From: the human T2T-CHM13v2.0 reference genome, Homo sapiens
Strand: one strand, 5' to 3'
Assembly (NCBI RefSeq): GCF_009914755.1
Contig: NC_060934.1
DNA: 64,000 bases
Shown: positions 13,701-26,912 of the stretch, one piece after another
Layout of the letters: every line of letters starts with the position of its first letter
Position numbering within the stretch: the stretch's first letter is position 1
Translations under genes and position numbers: made by a program
The notes under the pieces: model-generated
Told to the model about the DNA's origin: nothing
Database searches by the model: none
The model's input: only the letters and a program-made list of their open reading frames with translations

Positions 13701-15048
13701 CTTACTATGCCTGCTCTAAAAGAAAAATGAATGAAACACCTCTTACCTAGACTTTGGTCAGGCAATGGCCATTTATTATTACTGCTTGCCTTTGATTTGT
13801 CAAGTGTCTTAATATAGGAGGTAATTAAGAAGCTATTATCTCCTATACAAAGTTTAAGAAACTATTATAACTGGTAGAATGATGACGAATTCCACAAACT
13901 AGAAGGGTGTATGTGGTGGGTGGGTTGGTGGGCAAGGGGGTGTGTGTGACTGATGTATGTTAACATTTCTATATATAGATATGTACCTAAGTAACAAAAC
14001 AAATTATTTTAAAGCTGCTAAGTTATTATCACTGCTTGGGACATCTACTCACTATGTGAATTTACGCTTTCTGTTAGAACTTTCCTTATATATCAGTCAC
14101 CCAAATTTAATTTATAGAGAGATGTAGAGAAATTAACTCAGTATTCTGAAGAGCTGTGTATATTCTCACGTACTTGAGGAAGAAGAAAATCACTTGCCAA
14201 ATAAGCATATAACCTATTATATTTTTAGAAAATTCACAAACAATTTGAAACAACGATTTGGAAAGTATAAGAATCCAGGCTCAATAACAAATTAGTTAAG
14301 TGTAAAAGTTAACACCTCCCACACACACACATAAATACAAGGCCATCCATGTAAAATTAATGCACAATGTGTATGTACACATGTATGTATGTATGTGTGT
14401 GTGTGCATATGCAGACAGTCTTTCTGAGTTATGTAGTCCTCATTATTACAGAATTTCCTCTTTTTGTCAGAAAACTCCCAAGAACATTTGTTCTAGTTGG
14501 TTTGTATACTGAGCCAAAACTTATGCATTGGAAATGAATCATGACAGATGCTGAAATCTCAACTTGCCAACACATTTGAAACAGGGTGTCCTCCCTCAGC
14601 AATACTGATTGAATAGACCCCAGAGAGATTCCACAAATACACCACAGGTGATTATGATGCATGGAATTGGCAGAATACCTCAGGATAGTGAATACTGCCT
14701 AAATAGTGAGGTGTTTTTTGTTTATTTGTTTGTTTGTTTTGGTCATTAAAGCATACTCTCCCTACACATTTAACTGAAGAGGAAATGATATTTTCTCTCT
14801 AGCAAACCTGTCCCCTGATTTGTCTACATATCTTTCCCAATGGGAACTAACCTTAAGAGAAAGCATAGGGTGTCCCATTCTCCTAGATTTCTGTTATTGC
14901 CTGATGACTCCATTTTATTCATTCATCAACCTGTCTGGAAGCTGTTTACTCTTCTCTCCTGCTTCTGTCCAGGAACCTTAGTCATCACTAAAACTAACAG
15001 CTTACCACTTTTTTCCAAACCTGCTTTTCTTATACCGTGTATTAAAAG

Positions 15049-15367
15049 CAGTGGTCCCCAACCTTTTTGACACCAGGAACCTGTTTCATGGAAGACAAAT
15101 TTTCCATGGCGGAGGCAGGGGTGGGGACTGTAGGGAGGGTGTGGGTGGTTGGTTTCGGGATGAAACTGTTCCATCTCACATCATCAGGCATTGTATTCTC
15201 ATAAGGAGCGTGACCTAGATCCCTTGCATGTGCAGTTCAAAATAGGGTCCCCGCTCTTAGGACAATCTAAAACCACCACTGATATGACAGGAGCCAGAGC
15301 TCAGGCAGTAATGCTCACTGGCCTGTTGCTCACCTCCTGCTGTGCGACCCAAGGGTAGGGACCCCTG
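15049..15367 (+). mobile_element. MER1B-like hAT-Charlie non-autonomous DNA transposon
   Basis: Terminal inverted repeats CAGTGGTCCCCAAC / GTAGGGACCCCTG, MER1 body (GGATGAAACTGTTCCA, CTCATAAGGAGCG); imperfect 8-bp TSD ATTAAAAG / CATTAAAG. Confidence 0.9.
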
Positions 15368-15529
15368 CATTAAAGCTCAGTCCACTAAAAAATTATAGAG
15401 TCCCATTTCCTGCTGTTTTCTCTTTTTTTCTTACCATATTTCTGTGATGTTTTTATTGAATTACTGGTGTTTTTCAAACTGATCTTTCACCATTCTAACA
15501 TATTCTGACCCCTCCATAAAATGCCTGAT

Positions 15530-17170
15530 AATATATTTTTTCTTCAATTTTGCAATCTGTTTAATGGTATTTTTTCAAATTTATTCATTCATAAGAATTA
15601 TTTATGTTATAGATGTTACTTTCATCAATCATAACTTTTGCTAATGTCTTCTCCTTTTTTATAACTTCTATTTCTACTCCCACTTTAGTGTCTCTTGATT
15701 ATTAGAAGTTCCTAAATTTACTGCTGTTGAATTTATCAATTGCTCCAGGTATGATTTGTACTCTTTCCCAGATTTAAGAAATTCTTCCCAATATCTCTAT
15801 TGCACATGTATCAATTTGTTCTTCTATAGTGTCTTCTCGATGTGCTATGGGTTTTGTTTTTTCCACTAAAATCTTCAAATTACATAAAAATGATTTTTTT
15901 TCATCCCAGTGCTATCCTTTTGCACTGATCTACACGATCTCTATCATTTATCCGTACTTATAAGAATTTGGGTTGGTATTTGTATATTCTTTTTTGTTTC
16001 ATTGAACTTTTTAATTTATCTATACAATAATTTCACTTAGATGTAATCACTATATCTTTATTATAAATCTTGAAATCAGTAGGACTTGTCTCTCTTTTTT
16101 TTTTTTTCCTGTAGAGTATTTGTTTCATTTCACTCTCTGAACTTATTTACATATTGTAGAATCAGGTTGTCAAAATCCATGAAAAGTCTTTTGGGATTTA
16201 AAAGACTAGAATTCCATTGACTCTATTAATCAATTTAAGGCAAGTTGATGACTACACAATATTTATTCTTTATTTCTACCCAATAATGAGGTATATAATT
16301 ATAAATATTTAGCTCTTCTTCAGGTATTTTCAATGAAGTTTTGTAATTTATTTTCATAAAATATATATTTTTCTAGGCATGTTATCATATTTTTGATATG
16401 TATAATGATTCTTATTTACTTAAGTATAAATTCTAACTTTAGCTGGTTAGAAAATGATTTTTACATGTTGATTTTTGCATTTAGTAACTTAAAAAAATTC
16501 GTATTAATTCCATAAATTTGTCTATGTGTTTTTTTTTAGTTTTCTACATCACGTGAAAATAATAAAAACGTAACTTTTTTCTTAAAAGAACTTACCTTTA
16601 TTCCTTACAAACTCTTAAGATTCTCTAATATAATACGAAATAGAAGTAGTGACTATGGACATCCTTGATTTGTTTTGGATTATAAAGAAATACTTTCAAT
16701 ATTTTACCATTAAATATAATATTTACTGATAGGATCATTGTGTACAGGAATACATGGACTTTATGAATTTATGGAATTTTCATAGTATTTCTAATTTGCT
16801 AATTTTTTTCTAAATCATGAACATGTGTTTATATAATTCAAAATATTTTAAAATTTATTGAGTTTATTATATTTTATTCTCCCTTTTTTAATGCAATGAA
16901 TTACTTTAAACAATTTTTTTACACTAAAGCAAACTTAAATTCTGGAATTAAAACCAACAAGTATACCTTTTTTATAACTTCTTCATTCAATATTTTTATA
17001 TTATCATTAGAAATTTTGCAAGTGAATCTGTGATTTTAATTTCTTGCATGGTATTTATTATAAAATTTACCTAATTTTTGTTTGCCCCATAAAATGAGTT
17101 GAGGAAAATTTATTATTTTATTATTCTCAGGATCATTTGGTATAAAATTGGACGCATTATTTCCTTAAAT
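15530..17170 (-). mobile_element. Old L1M ORF2 relic, antisense
   Basis: T-rich; TTGTAGAATCAGGTTGTCAA and AGAAGTAGTGACTATGGACATCCTTG..TTTCAATATTTTACCATTAA are antisense L1 ORF2 motifs; edges approximate. Confidence 0.75.
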
Positions 17171-18773
17171 ATATAATATATAATATGATTTGTCTTATGA
17201 CTAGAACCTTTTACTTACTGTTATGCATATGATTCCCATAAGTTACCCAGATTGGGAAGGTCCTAGGTTCATTTCTTACTTCCAATGAACTCAGGGCTCT
17301 CAAAGCAGAGGATAAAGCTTTCCAGGTTTTGAAAGAATTCTCAGTATGATCGTTGGTCTTTAAAGCTTTCTTTCTTGAGTGTTCCTGCTTTCACTTTGTT
17401 TGGAGGATCTACAGATTTCTTAATGTTATGTTAGCTCTTACATTTATTTAAAAAGATATGTTGTAAAATCTCCTACCTAGATTAGCATTCCAGTTCAGAG
17501 GGTCATTGAGAGTATCTAATCTGCTATACTATCACGACCTATATTTTTTCTGATATTACTTGATATTTTACAGTTTGATTAATATATATGGTCTTGATTT
17601 CCGGTTGACCATCAGTAAATAAGAGACACCAAAACAGAAATCTAAGTTTCTTTGCAACCCAGCCAGTCTTTTTTTCAGGTAGTTTATGATTAGTATATTA
17701 ACTGTATATTAATTTAAAAGTATACTCCCTTAAAAATAACCCTGTGATTCATTATCTGTTGAAAAAGAGGAATGGTTTCTGAAATCTATCCACATTTTTC
17801 AGTTTGGGCAAGTTAGGGCTGTTATACAGTAGGCACACCTTAGTTCTTGTAAATACTTACAAAAATTTTTTCTTCCTGGATTCATTCTGAAATATATCGC
17901 AGAGTAGATTCAAGTAGTGAAAAAGAACCTGTACACCACTGTGATAATTCACCCTGCTTTCCTGGAAGCATACAAAACTAGTATAATGACAGACTGCTAA
18001 AAACAGCTAATGATCTAAGTTTGTTGTTGTTATTATATTCCCCAAGATGTACTGTAATGTAGAACTCGTCTCAGAGCTTGTCAGCTCTGAGATGATTTTT
18101 CTTCACTCTACTCAATATGTGCCTATAAGCAACAGCTCTATTATGCTGCTACCATTAGCAGAGTAATTAGGAAAGCTATCATGGTCTCAAACTCTATAAG
18201 TGTTTGAGACTCCGCCTCATAAAATGTCCATTAGAGGACAAATTACCACATTTTAAATAGAGAAAACAATATCTTGAAATATGTCTTTTCTGATCCCCAC
18301 TGCCAATGTCTCAGGTTTTGTTTACTACTGTTTTTCATTATTACAGTCATTAGGACTAGCTAAGCTTGGAAGGAATCATGTTCAGAATATAATTTTTGAG
18401 CATTAACTCAACATTAAAAAAAGCCTTGTGGTACTTGTCTGAATGGACAGAAAAAGATACATCATAAACTACATGTCAATGCAGTCAAAGGTTATGAACA
18501 GATATGTTAATATGCGGTTGAGATTGCATTTAACACGTATAGTAGCAATCTCCATGGATAGCTTTGCTACTTCAAAGGAATTAAACAGAATAGTCATTTT
18601 TTGTCTTTTTTTGAAAGGGAGAGTAACATATCTTTTCATGAATATTAAAAAAAAGTTAAAAACCTAAAGAATCTTAAGTTGTGGGTAGACAGTTTATACA
18701 TATATATTAATTTAGATTTTCATGTTTTATTGTAAATAATTATTCTATTTTCCTTTTTTGTCTTTCATATCTG

Positions 18774-18989
<216 letters not shown>

Positions 18990-19875
18990 TAGGATTAGCT
19001 TCAATAAATAAAGAGCTAAATAGTAATTAAGATAATTCATTTAACCAGAATCAGTAAGAATTTATAATTTGGATGGTTCTTATTTGAAATATGCATTTGT
19101 AAACTTTTAAAGAATATTTATAAATTGACAAGACAAATGAAAAATACCATTGAATCAGAGGATTATGTTTTGAGAGTTTCTTATTCTTACCTTCTCTCTC
19201 TTTCATTTACAATTTCTCAGACAGGATTCTGTAATTCCTGACAAACTGAAAAGTACCCAGAGTCTGAGCTTTCCTGATAGTGTACAAAGCCTCAGGCAAA
19301 CCCACACTCTAAAACAGGCTGCTTCAATTTTATACTCCATTTAACACTTCATTTGATTCTCAAACTTCATTTTAGTCTGCAGTGTTAACATTCCAGCATT
19401 TACGTGAGTTGGGCAATAGGTGTGGATTCAATACTCCTGAAAGATAGTTTGGGCAAATCTAAGCTTCGATGCCCGAGATGAGTGAGAGCCATTCCGTTTA
19501 CAACTGTGAAAATCTTACTTGATTTTTAAAACTAAGACCATAAAGTTACATAAAAGGAAGCCTAACTTCAAAAAGAACTGCAACTTATACTCTGAAAATA
19601 ATGGGAGCATCACTAATAGGTGGTGCATAGATCATCTAATTGATATGCGATCTCTGAGGAGTTGTCAGAAAAACAGTCTGTGTAGTAGATATGCGTGGAA
19701 ATTACACAGATATTTAAATTCAGAAAAGTACAGCAAGGACACAAATTTTCAGCCTTTTTTGGAAAGGAGTGTGAGCTCTGAGAGACAAATATTGGAAATA
19801 AATATTAGATTTCCTTTGAAATGAACTTTGAGATTCTGACTTTGTTCTCTCAGGATTGCTTACATGTCTTCTGAT

Positions 19876-20047
19876 TAGGCTGACTTGATAAGCGACCGGC
19901 ATACCTACACAGGGTCCACACTTAGAAGAGCCTCATGCTTAGTTTAATGCTGTTTCATTGCCATCTTGAAATTCTTCAGAATTTTTTAACAAGAAGCCCC
20001 ACATTTGCATTTTGTATTGGGTCCCAGAAATTATGTAATCAGCCTTG
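19876..20047 (+). mobile_element. MER91A-like hAT-Tip100 MITE
   Basis: CACAGGGTCCACACTTAGAAG...GTTTAATGCTG...TCTTGAAATTCTT...TTTTGTATTGGGTCCCAGAAATTATGTA follows the recalled MER91A consensus. Confidence 0.8.
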
Positions 20048-20658
20048 TTTCTGCTATATAATACAAATTGAACTTAAAAATAGCAATCTCCAAAACATCA
20101 ATAGAAAGAGATATCATTTTTCCCTGGATTGGTTGTACGATTGACAGAAATGGGACTACAATAAGGACTGAGCCCATGAGTGATCATATTGAGGTCCTCA
20201 TGGCTATTTAGGCTTATCAAAACAAAATGCTCAGCAAATACTGTTCTTCCTATTCAAAACCACAGTTTTCGATTTTCTATATTAACTTACAGTTTAGTTG
20301 GTGAGAGATGGCATTTTTTAATATTAGGAGCTTTTGAAGTTCTGTTTTCTTAAAAAGTAAACATAATAATATCCACCAGCCTATCAGGGTTCCACATAAC
20401 ATAAGCAAGATGATTTATTGCTAGACATTTATTTTCCAAAAGTAAGAATTCAAATAGCATCTCTTTGCCATAAAAGACAAGCAGGTGAACAAAAGTAATA
20501 GATGCAGCCCATTTGGCAAATTGAAATTTCATGATATAGAGAGAGCTGGGCAATCTCCTTTGGAAGAAATGTGAATTCAGTCACATATGTCAGTATCTCT
20601 CAATTGCTTGGACAAAGACAAAAGCTGTGCTATGGAAAGGATGGGGTTATTTTGATTC

Positions 20659-20977
20659 TTTTTTTTTTTTTTTTTTTTTTTTTTGAGACGGTGTTTTGCT
20701 CTGTGACCCAGGCTGGAGTGCAAGTAGTGTGATCTCAGCTCACTGCAACCTCCGCCTCCCGGGTTCAAGGGATTCTCTCGCCTCAGCCTCCTGAGTAGCT
20801 GGGATTATAGGTATCTGACACTGCACCCAGCTATTTTTTTTTTTTTTTTTTTTTTTTAGTAGAGACAGGGTTTTACCAAGTTGGTCAGGCTGCTCTTGAA
20901 CTCCTGACCTCAGGTGATCCACCCCCCTCGGCCTCCCAAAGTGCTGGGATTACAGGCGTGAGCCACCGTGCCAGGCC
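20659..20977 (-). mobile_element. Alu SINE (AluSx-like) with expanded central A-tract
   Basis: Antisense Alu, long poly(T) tail and second T run at 20834-20857; TSD core TTGATTCTT on both sides. Confidence 0.96.
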
Positions 20978-21949
20978 TGTTGATTCTTTATAAGCTGTAT
21001 TTGTTGAATAATGTTAAACAGGGAGATGTTGATTATATCTTTATCACAGTAATGATGATGTTCTATTTTTACTGAATATACTTTCTATGTAGATAGAGTC
21101 TAGTAAACCGCATTCACCTAGAAGAACTAAAACTAAGATTTATTTTATCTCTCTCTAGTTAAATTCACATTTATAAATTGTCCTTTTCATGACCACCTCA
21201 ATGTTCTGCTTCAACTCAATATTAAACCATGTGCTATGAAATATTAATGAGAAAAGTCAGATCCATTTATATTTCATGCTGAAATGTAGCCAATTCTTCC
21301 ATAGTGATAATACAATTACTGAACTGATTTTGAAGTGCATAATGGATTTTTAAAAGTTAACTTATCCATAATAGGCTGTAGCCAGATGTTATGTAAGATA
21401 CTGATGGAGAAAAAAGACTCTAATACTATAGCATATTAACAGTTTAGTAAAAGAATATCTGCAATGCTATGCAGCCAATAAATGTGTAAAAAATATTATT
21501 TTCCCCCTTATGTTTGTTTTCTGTAGCATCACAAATGTAGTTTCTTCTTTTATCCCAAGTAATAGGAAGCCACTCAGAAATTCAGAGGTCAAGTTTAGTG
21601 TAGGGCATGAGAATTTGGAATAATAATAACAGAAGAAAAATAATTTATAATCTGTCTTCATTTTCTTATTTCTCACTTGCTCCACTTTATTGCCTCCTTC
21701 ATCATTTCACCACAGGTTTTCCAGGGGAGCTTTAGTAAACTGTATACTATTAAATTTCATGTTTTTTTTTAATCTCACCCCTCATTACCACTATACAAAT
21801 AAAAACACATTTTTTTTTTCTTTTTCTTTTTTTAATAAAACTCTTACCATCTCCGACATGAGAATCTCTCTTTTTCTTTCTTTGTCACTGGCTATTTCTA
21901 TTCATTTTCATAAGCAGATTCCGCCTACCCTTTTTATTGAATAAAGGCT

Positions 21950-22890
21950 TATTTCTGATCATTTAACTCTTATTTTTTCACAGAAAATTGTATTCATCCC
22001 AGTGCTTCACTTATCATCTATATGACAATGACTCGCACATGTGTCTCCGCACCAATCATCATCTCCGTGGATCAAATCCATATATTAACCTGGCTCACAA
22101 AAACTTAAATTCTTCAAAGACAGTGAAAACATATGAAACCAAACTTCTCACTCTACACAAAAAGAGTCCTATTCCAGAATTTTCTCTTTTGATAAATGCC
22201 ATAACTGTATGTCCAGTTACAGAACCCTGTAATATGATATTTATTCCTTATACTTTCTCTCCTTCTAAAACTTTTCTAAGTTCTATGATTTTGCTCCGAA
22301 ATATTTATAAAAAAGTCTACACTTCTTCTCAGAAACAAACTCCTTAGTCTAAATTACCATTATATCTGACCTGGACTAATGAAATAGCTTCATAACTATT
22401 ATATCCATATTGACTTTGGCTAACCCTTTTCCCCAGCGCCAAGAAAGAGCAATGTTTTAAAAATGCAAATTCAATCACTTAATTCCTCTATTTGAACTAT
22501 CAATAGCTACCCGTTATTCCTATGGTCAAGACCAAGATCCTTAATAATAATACTGTTTGTAAGACTCTGTACCTCACTTCCTGACCTCTAGCCATGCTGC
22601 CCTCCTTTAGTGCCTTTTAGATACCAGACTCTTCCACACACTAAGCCTTTGCATATGCTGGTTTGTCTATCTGCAGTACCTGCTCTGCCTTCTCATCTCT
22701 CATTTTCACCTGGTTAACTCTCTCTTAATTTCCAAAGCTCAGTTCAAATATCATTCCTTGATTTAAGACTTCTTCAGTTGCTCTACTCATGACTGGATCT
22801 ATTTTACACTGTTATTACACTATGTCCTCAAATTTAAGCACTATTCACAGATTGAATTTTACATTAAGTTTTAATAATTTGGTGAATATA
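21950..22890 (+). mobile_element. L2 LINE relic
   Basis: TATGACAATGACTC (decayed YADD codons), CTGGACTA..AATAGC, AAAATGCAAATTCAATCAC and GCCTTTGCATATGCTG are L2 3'-region motifs. Confidence 0.75.
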
Positions 22891-22941
22891 TACACATATA
22901 TAAATTATCTTTAATAGGTCAGGCTTTCTGAGAGTAAATTC

Positions 22942-23018
22942 AATTGCAACTTATTTGATGAAGACTTTAATTCAACAGACTTTGTTGGATTAAAGTCTCC
23001 ATAAAAGAAGTTACAGTT
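22942..23018. repeat. Long inverted repeat (36-bp arms, 5-nt loop)
   Basis: 22942-22977 versus the reverse complement of 22983-23018: 30 of 36 identical. Confidence 0.9.
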
Positions 23019-23189
23019 TATGTTTATTTACAAATATAATTTTTTGTTCTTATAAATGATTAAGTAATTAATTAAAATGTTTATAAGAATAAATTAACTA
23101 ATCAACATATGACAGACAACTTGCCCAAACTGTTTAGAAACATTTCAGTAAGTTTAAGCGAGAGCTTTCAATAATTTCATCAATAGATT

Positions 23190-23923
23190 TGAAATCACCT
23201 TTGCAAAAATTATAACTGAGAAAGTTATTGCAGTGAAAGAGACCTGACCTAACCAACCCCATTTTGCTTCTAATCTCCAAGCTGTTCTTGTTCATTCCTG
23301 GGTTTAGGCCTAAGTAACTTTTGGAGGAACTTACTTTATAGTTGAACTTTGAAACAAAGAAAATAACAGTATTTTCCCAAAACAAACACTCTTCCTGCCT
23401 GGGGACCACACTGCCTTTGCAGGGCTAACAAATTAGCCATGAGATTAGAAATTATGGTTTAGGAGTCATGCAGCTGGAGGCTGTAAGTTTCCAAACCTCC
23501 CTAAATTGCTCCTGGGAATAACATCAGTATTGTAAAACCTAAGATCAGTGTTTGAGATATTTCGCAGACCCTGCACTGGATGAATCAGCTGGCACCACCC
23601 AGTTCAATAAGCTGTTTTATCTGGTCTCGTGGCCCTTACCCAAGAAATGACTCAGCGCACGAGGACAGCTTCAACTCCCTATGATTTCATCTTGGACCCA
23701 ATCAACCAGCACCCTTGACTAAATGGTGCCTTAACCACCAAAGTATCCTTAAAAACTCTGATCCCTGAATTCGTGGGGAGACTGATTTGAATAATAACAA
23801 AACTCACCTCTCTGGTACAGCCAGCTCTGCATGAATTAAACTCTTTCTCTATTGCAATTCCCCTGTCTTGATAAATTGGCTCTGTCAAGGCAGCGGGCAA
23901 GGAAAACCCACTGGGCAGTTACA
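23190..23923 (+). mobile_element. Solo LTR, LTR8/LTR8A-like (ERV1)
   Basis: TGAAATCACCTTTGCAAAAATTATAACTGAG start, GGGCAGTTACA end, LTR8-type body; no internal sequence on either side. Confidence 0.9.
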
Positions 23924-25490
23924 GACACAGCTTCTTTCCTTCCTTACTACTTTTCTTATTACTATTCTTCCTTTTGTCCTGTCTTCCTCCATTCTTGCCC
24001 ACCTGCTTTCTATCCAGTCACTATTAAGTACTTGGTATAGAGCTTTGTGCATCCTAGATGCTCAAAAACCTTTGTAAAATGAATTAATGAATCAGAATAT
24101 CAATTTTCATATGGCTTGTAACACTTTCTAGTTATACAATGTTAACTAGGTTATGTTTGCCTTCTAATAGTCTGTCAAATAGAATAAGAAATGCAACGTC
24201 TACTAAAAGTTGTTTGGAAACTAAGTGGAAAAAGAAGAACAACTCATAGAAATACTTTTTAAAATTAAAAAGTTGTTATAGCTGTCATCATCATTTTTGA
24301 ATGTCTATTACTATTTGTTCTGTAAACTATGCAAATCAAAATTAAGCTCTATACAATACATGGCTTTGTATATTACAGTGCTTTAGTATTAAACTCAATC
24401 TTGACTCTTAAGTCATTTCCATGGAGTTCTCTTGTGAAACCCAGAGATATTGCAATGGATGCTTTGGTTTTCATAAAATTCCACACAAATCCCACATAAT
24501 ACAGACTGCTGTCTATGGTTTTCTAACGAAAACATTTCGTTCTTTTGTGAGTTATGTGTCCTTTAGATAGCTACTCAGGCCTATGCTATTGAGGTTAAAG
24601 GTCTTCAGAGAATGCTTCTAAGCCTTCGTTAGGACAGTTAAAGGCAGCTATCCCAGTAAATCAGGATGGACAGCCGACTGATAGTATACTCAATTTACCT
24701 TTTAGATAAACTACACTGAGAGTAAGTTCTCAACAGGAAATAAAGGTGAATTTCACAATGGGTACAGGCCATTCCCCAGTGTTTTCACAGGGATTTGAAA
24801 ATTAAAAAAATAAGTGAGGGTATGTATCACTCAGAATCAGTGCTGTATTGCTCAAAAGAATGAGTTATGGTCATAAAGGTACAGTTTATGCAGAAACTCT
24901 GATATAAAAAATGATTCTATGACTCTGACCTTTGCACTTGTTTTCTGCATATTATTTTTTTCTATTTTTCATTGTTACATACCAATAATTGATTTCAGTC
25001 AGTCACTCAATCTGTATTTACCATAGTAAAAATTTTAGGGCATATTTTCTTTACTATCCCACTGTTTGAATCTCTAACCTGTCTTTTGCCTTTGGACTTA
25101 AATACTTCTATTTAAGTTTTCACATCACATGTAAATTAACTGCCACTTGGCCAGGGAAGTCAGACATATATTTATCATGGGGGAGTTACAAGAGCATCAG
25201 AAATGAATGCTAAAATCTTGGTGTGTATTTTTAGAACCATTATATGGTTTATGTAGTGCTAATGTTTGGCTTCTTCTGAATATTCATAGGGAATCAGAGT
25301 CTAGATAAAGAAAAGAAATAGTCAAAGACGGTATAAACAACAAAGGGATTCTGGTTTTGAAGAAAAAAGTAGGGGAAGTGAGATCGCTTCAAATTCTTAT
25401 TTAGAGTATATTAAATATTAACTATAGTTGAATAGTTTTCTTAATCTCTCTGAAGATATTGAGCTTTCCATCTATGTTTTCTATAATTCT

Positions 25491-25619
25491 TTTATATGGT
25501 AAATACAAGTTTACCATATAAACTTGTATTTATATGGTAAATACAAGTTTACCATATAAACTTGTATTTATATGGTAAATACAAGTTTACCATATAAACT
25601 TGTATTTATATGGTAAATA
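25491..25619. repeat. Perfect 38-bp minisatellite, about 3.4 copies
   Basis: TATATGGTAAATACAAGTTTACCATATAAACTTGTATT at 25493, 25531 and 25569, partial copy at 25607. Confidence 0.98.
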
Positions 25620-25639
25620 TAAATACAATATATTTATTT

Positions 25640-26045
25640 ATACAGTTTCTGCAGACATAAAATCGATTTTTAAAAATGGTATTCTTCCATAACATTATGA
25701 ACCACACATAAAATCAACTAATTTTTTAATATATATTTAAGAAGTACTTTTATACACATAGGTACATATATTATTATGATTTGTCCAAATTGTTTTTCAG
25801 CATGCATATTTTATTTAGGAAGATATTGTGAATATATTTTCCATTAATGGGCATTAATAACAAACATCATTTTCTAGGTTTGATGATATTTAACTTAGTA
25901 AGTCCCCTTTTATTAGAACTATAGGATGTTCATTTTTTTTCTTTTTTCTTTCTTAATTTATAGACTTCTTTTATGAAATCTTTGTTTCTACTTAACATAT
26001 TTTTTTCTTAGGATTAATTCCTATAGCTAGCACTTCTGGGTAGTG
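25640..26045 (-). mobile_element. Very old L1 (L1ME-like) 3' end relic
   Basis: TTTCTTAGGATTAATTCCTATAG...CTGGGT and other T-rich motifs resemble antisense L1M 3' ends. Confidence 0.5.
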
Positions 26046-26912
26046 AGGTGAAATATGAAACGTAAGTTCTCAACAAATGCTTGTTGAGGGAAAATTTTGA
26101 ATGAACAAAGAAATAAATGATTGTAAGATGTGGTACCTCCCTGGATTTCATCCCCTTCTCAAAGAGTTAATAGAAAATAAGACACAGTCATGACATTAAG
26201 ATGGTTCTGGAATGGCAAGCTATGACTCTGTTTTTTATTCAACATGAAATCATCTAGCTGTGCCAAGCAGCTTCATTTATTAAAACTGCTTTAGTGAAGC
26301 ATATACTGATATTTAACCTAAATTTGAGTACAGATACACTTGTGAGAAAAGAAGTTGTTTCATTTCTTTTGATTTTCGTGCATTATTCAAAGATTTAAAC
26401 AATAACAGCTGTGATGATAAATCTGAAATGTTATGAACATGAAACTCTCATTTTAAGATTCACATGACAATAAGTAAAGAACACTCATATAATACCTACG
26501 CATGTTTCTTTCTTTTCCATTAAAATTATCCAAACTATAAAGAAAAATCGGCCTTTTGAAACTTCACTTGCAGGCTACTATTATGTTACAATCATTCTTT
26601 CTTCATAGAAAATGACTGCATTAAAAAAATACTAAGCAACAATTACAGTTTTCTAAACAGCATGCTCTGTATTTTATCTAATTGCTAATTCATATAAATT
26701 TTACTGTCAGTCCCCTTACAAAGTATTTGAATATGAGAAATTTTTAAAACTATATACCTATACCTGTTTGTAGCTATATATTGATTTATATTTCTTTGCA
26801 GTACATAAGTTATTGTAATACAGAGTTTAACTTTATAATGAAAACCTCATTAGGTTTGGTCATATCTGTAGCTGTAGTCTATGAGGGTTTTTTTTTTTTG
26901 GTCTATGTAATT

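Noticed and set aside
23186-23927. TSD for the LTR8 solo LTR (and for the THE1 at 32083-34700)
   Set aside because: Flanks GATT / GACA and CTTGT / ATTCT do not match well enough to call.
25491-25619. CRISPR array (38-bp palindromic direct repeats)
   Set aside because: The repeats are head-to-tail with no spacers, there are no cas genes, and the context is primate DNA.
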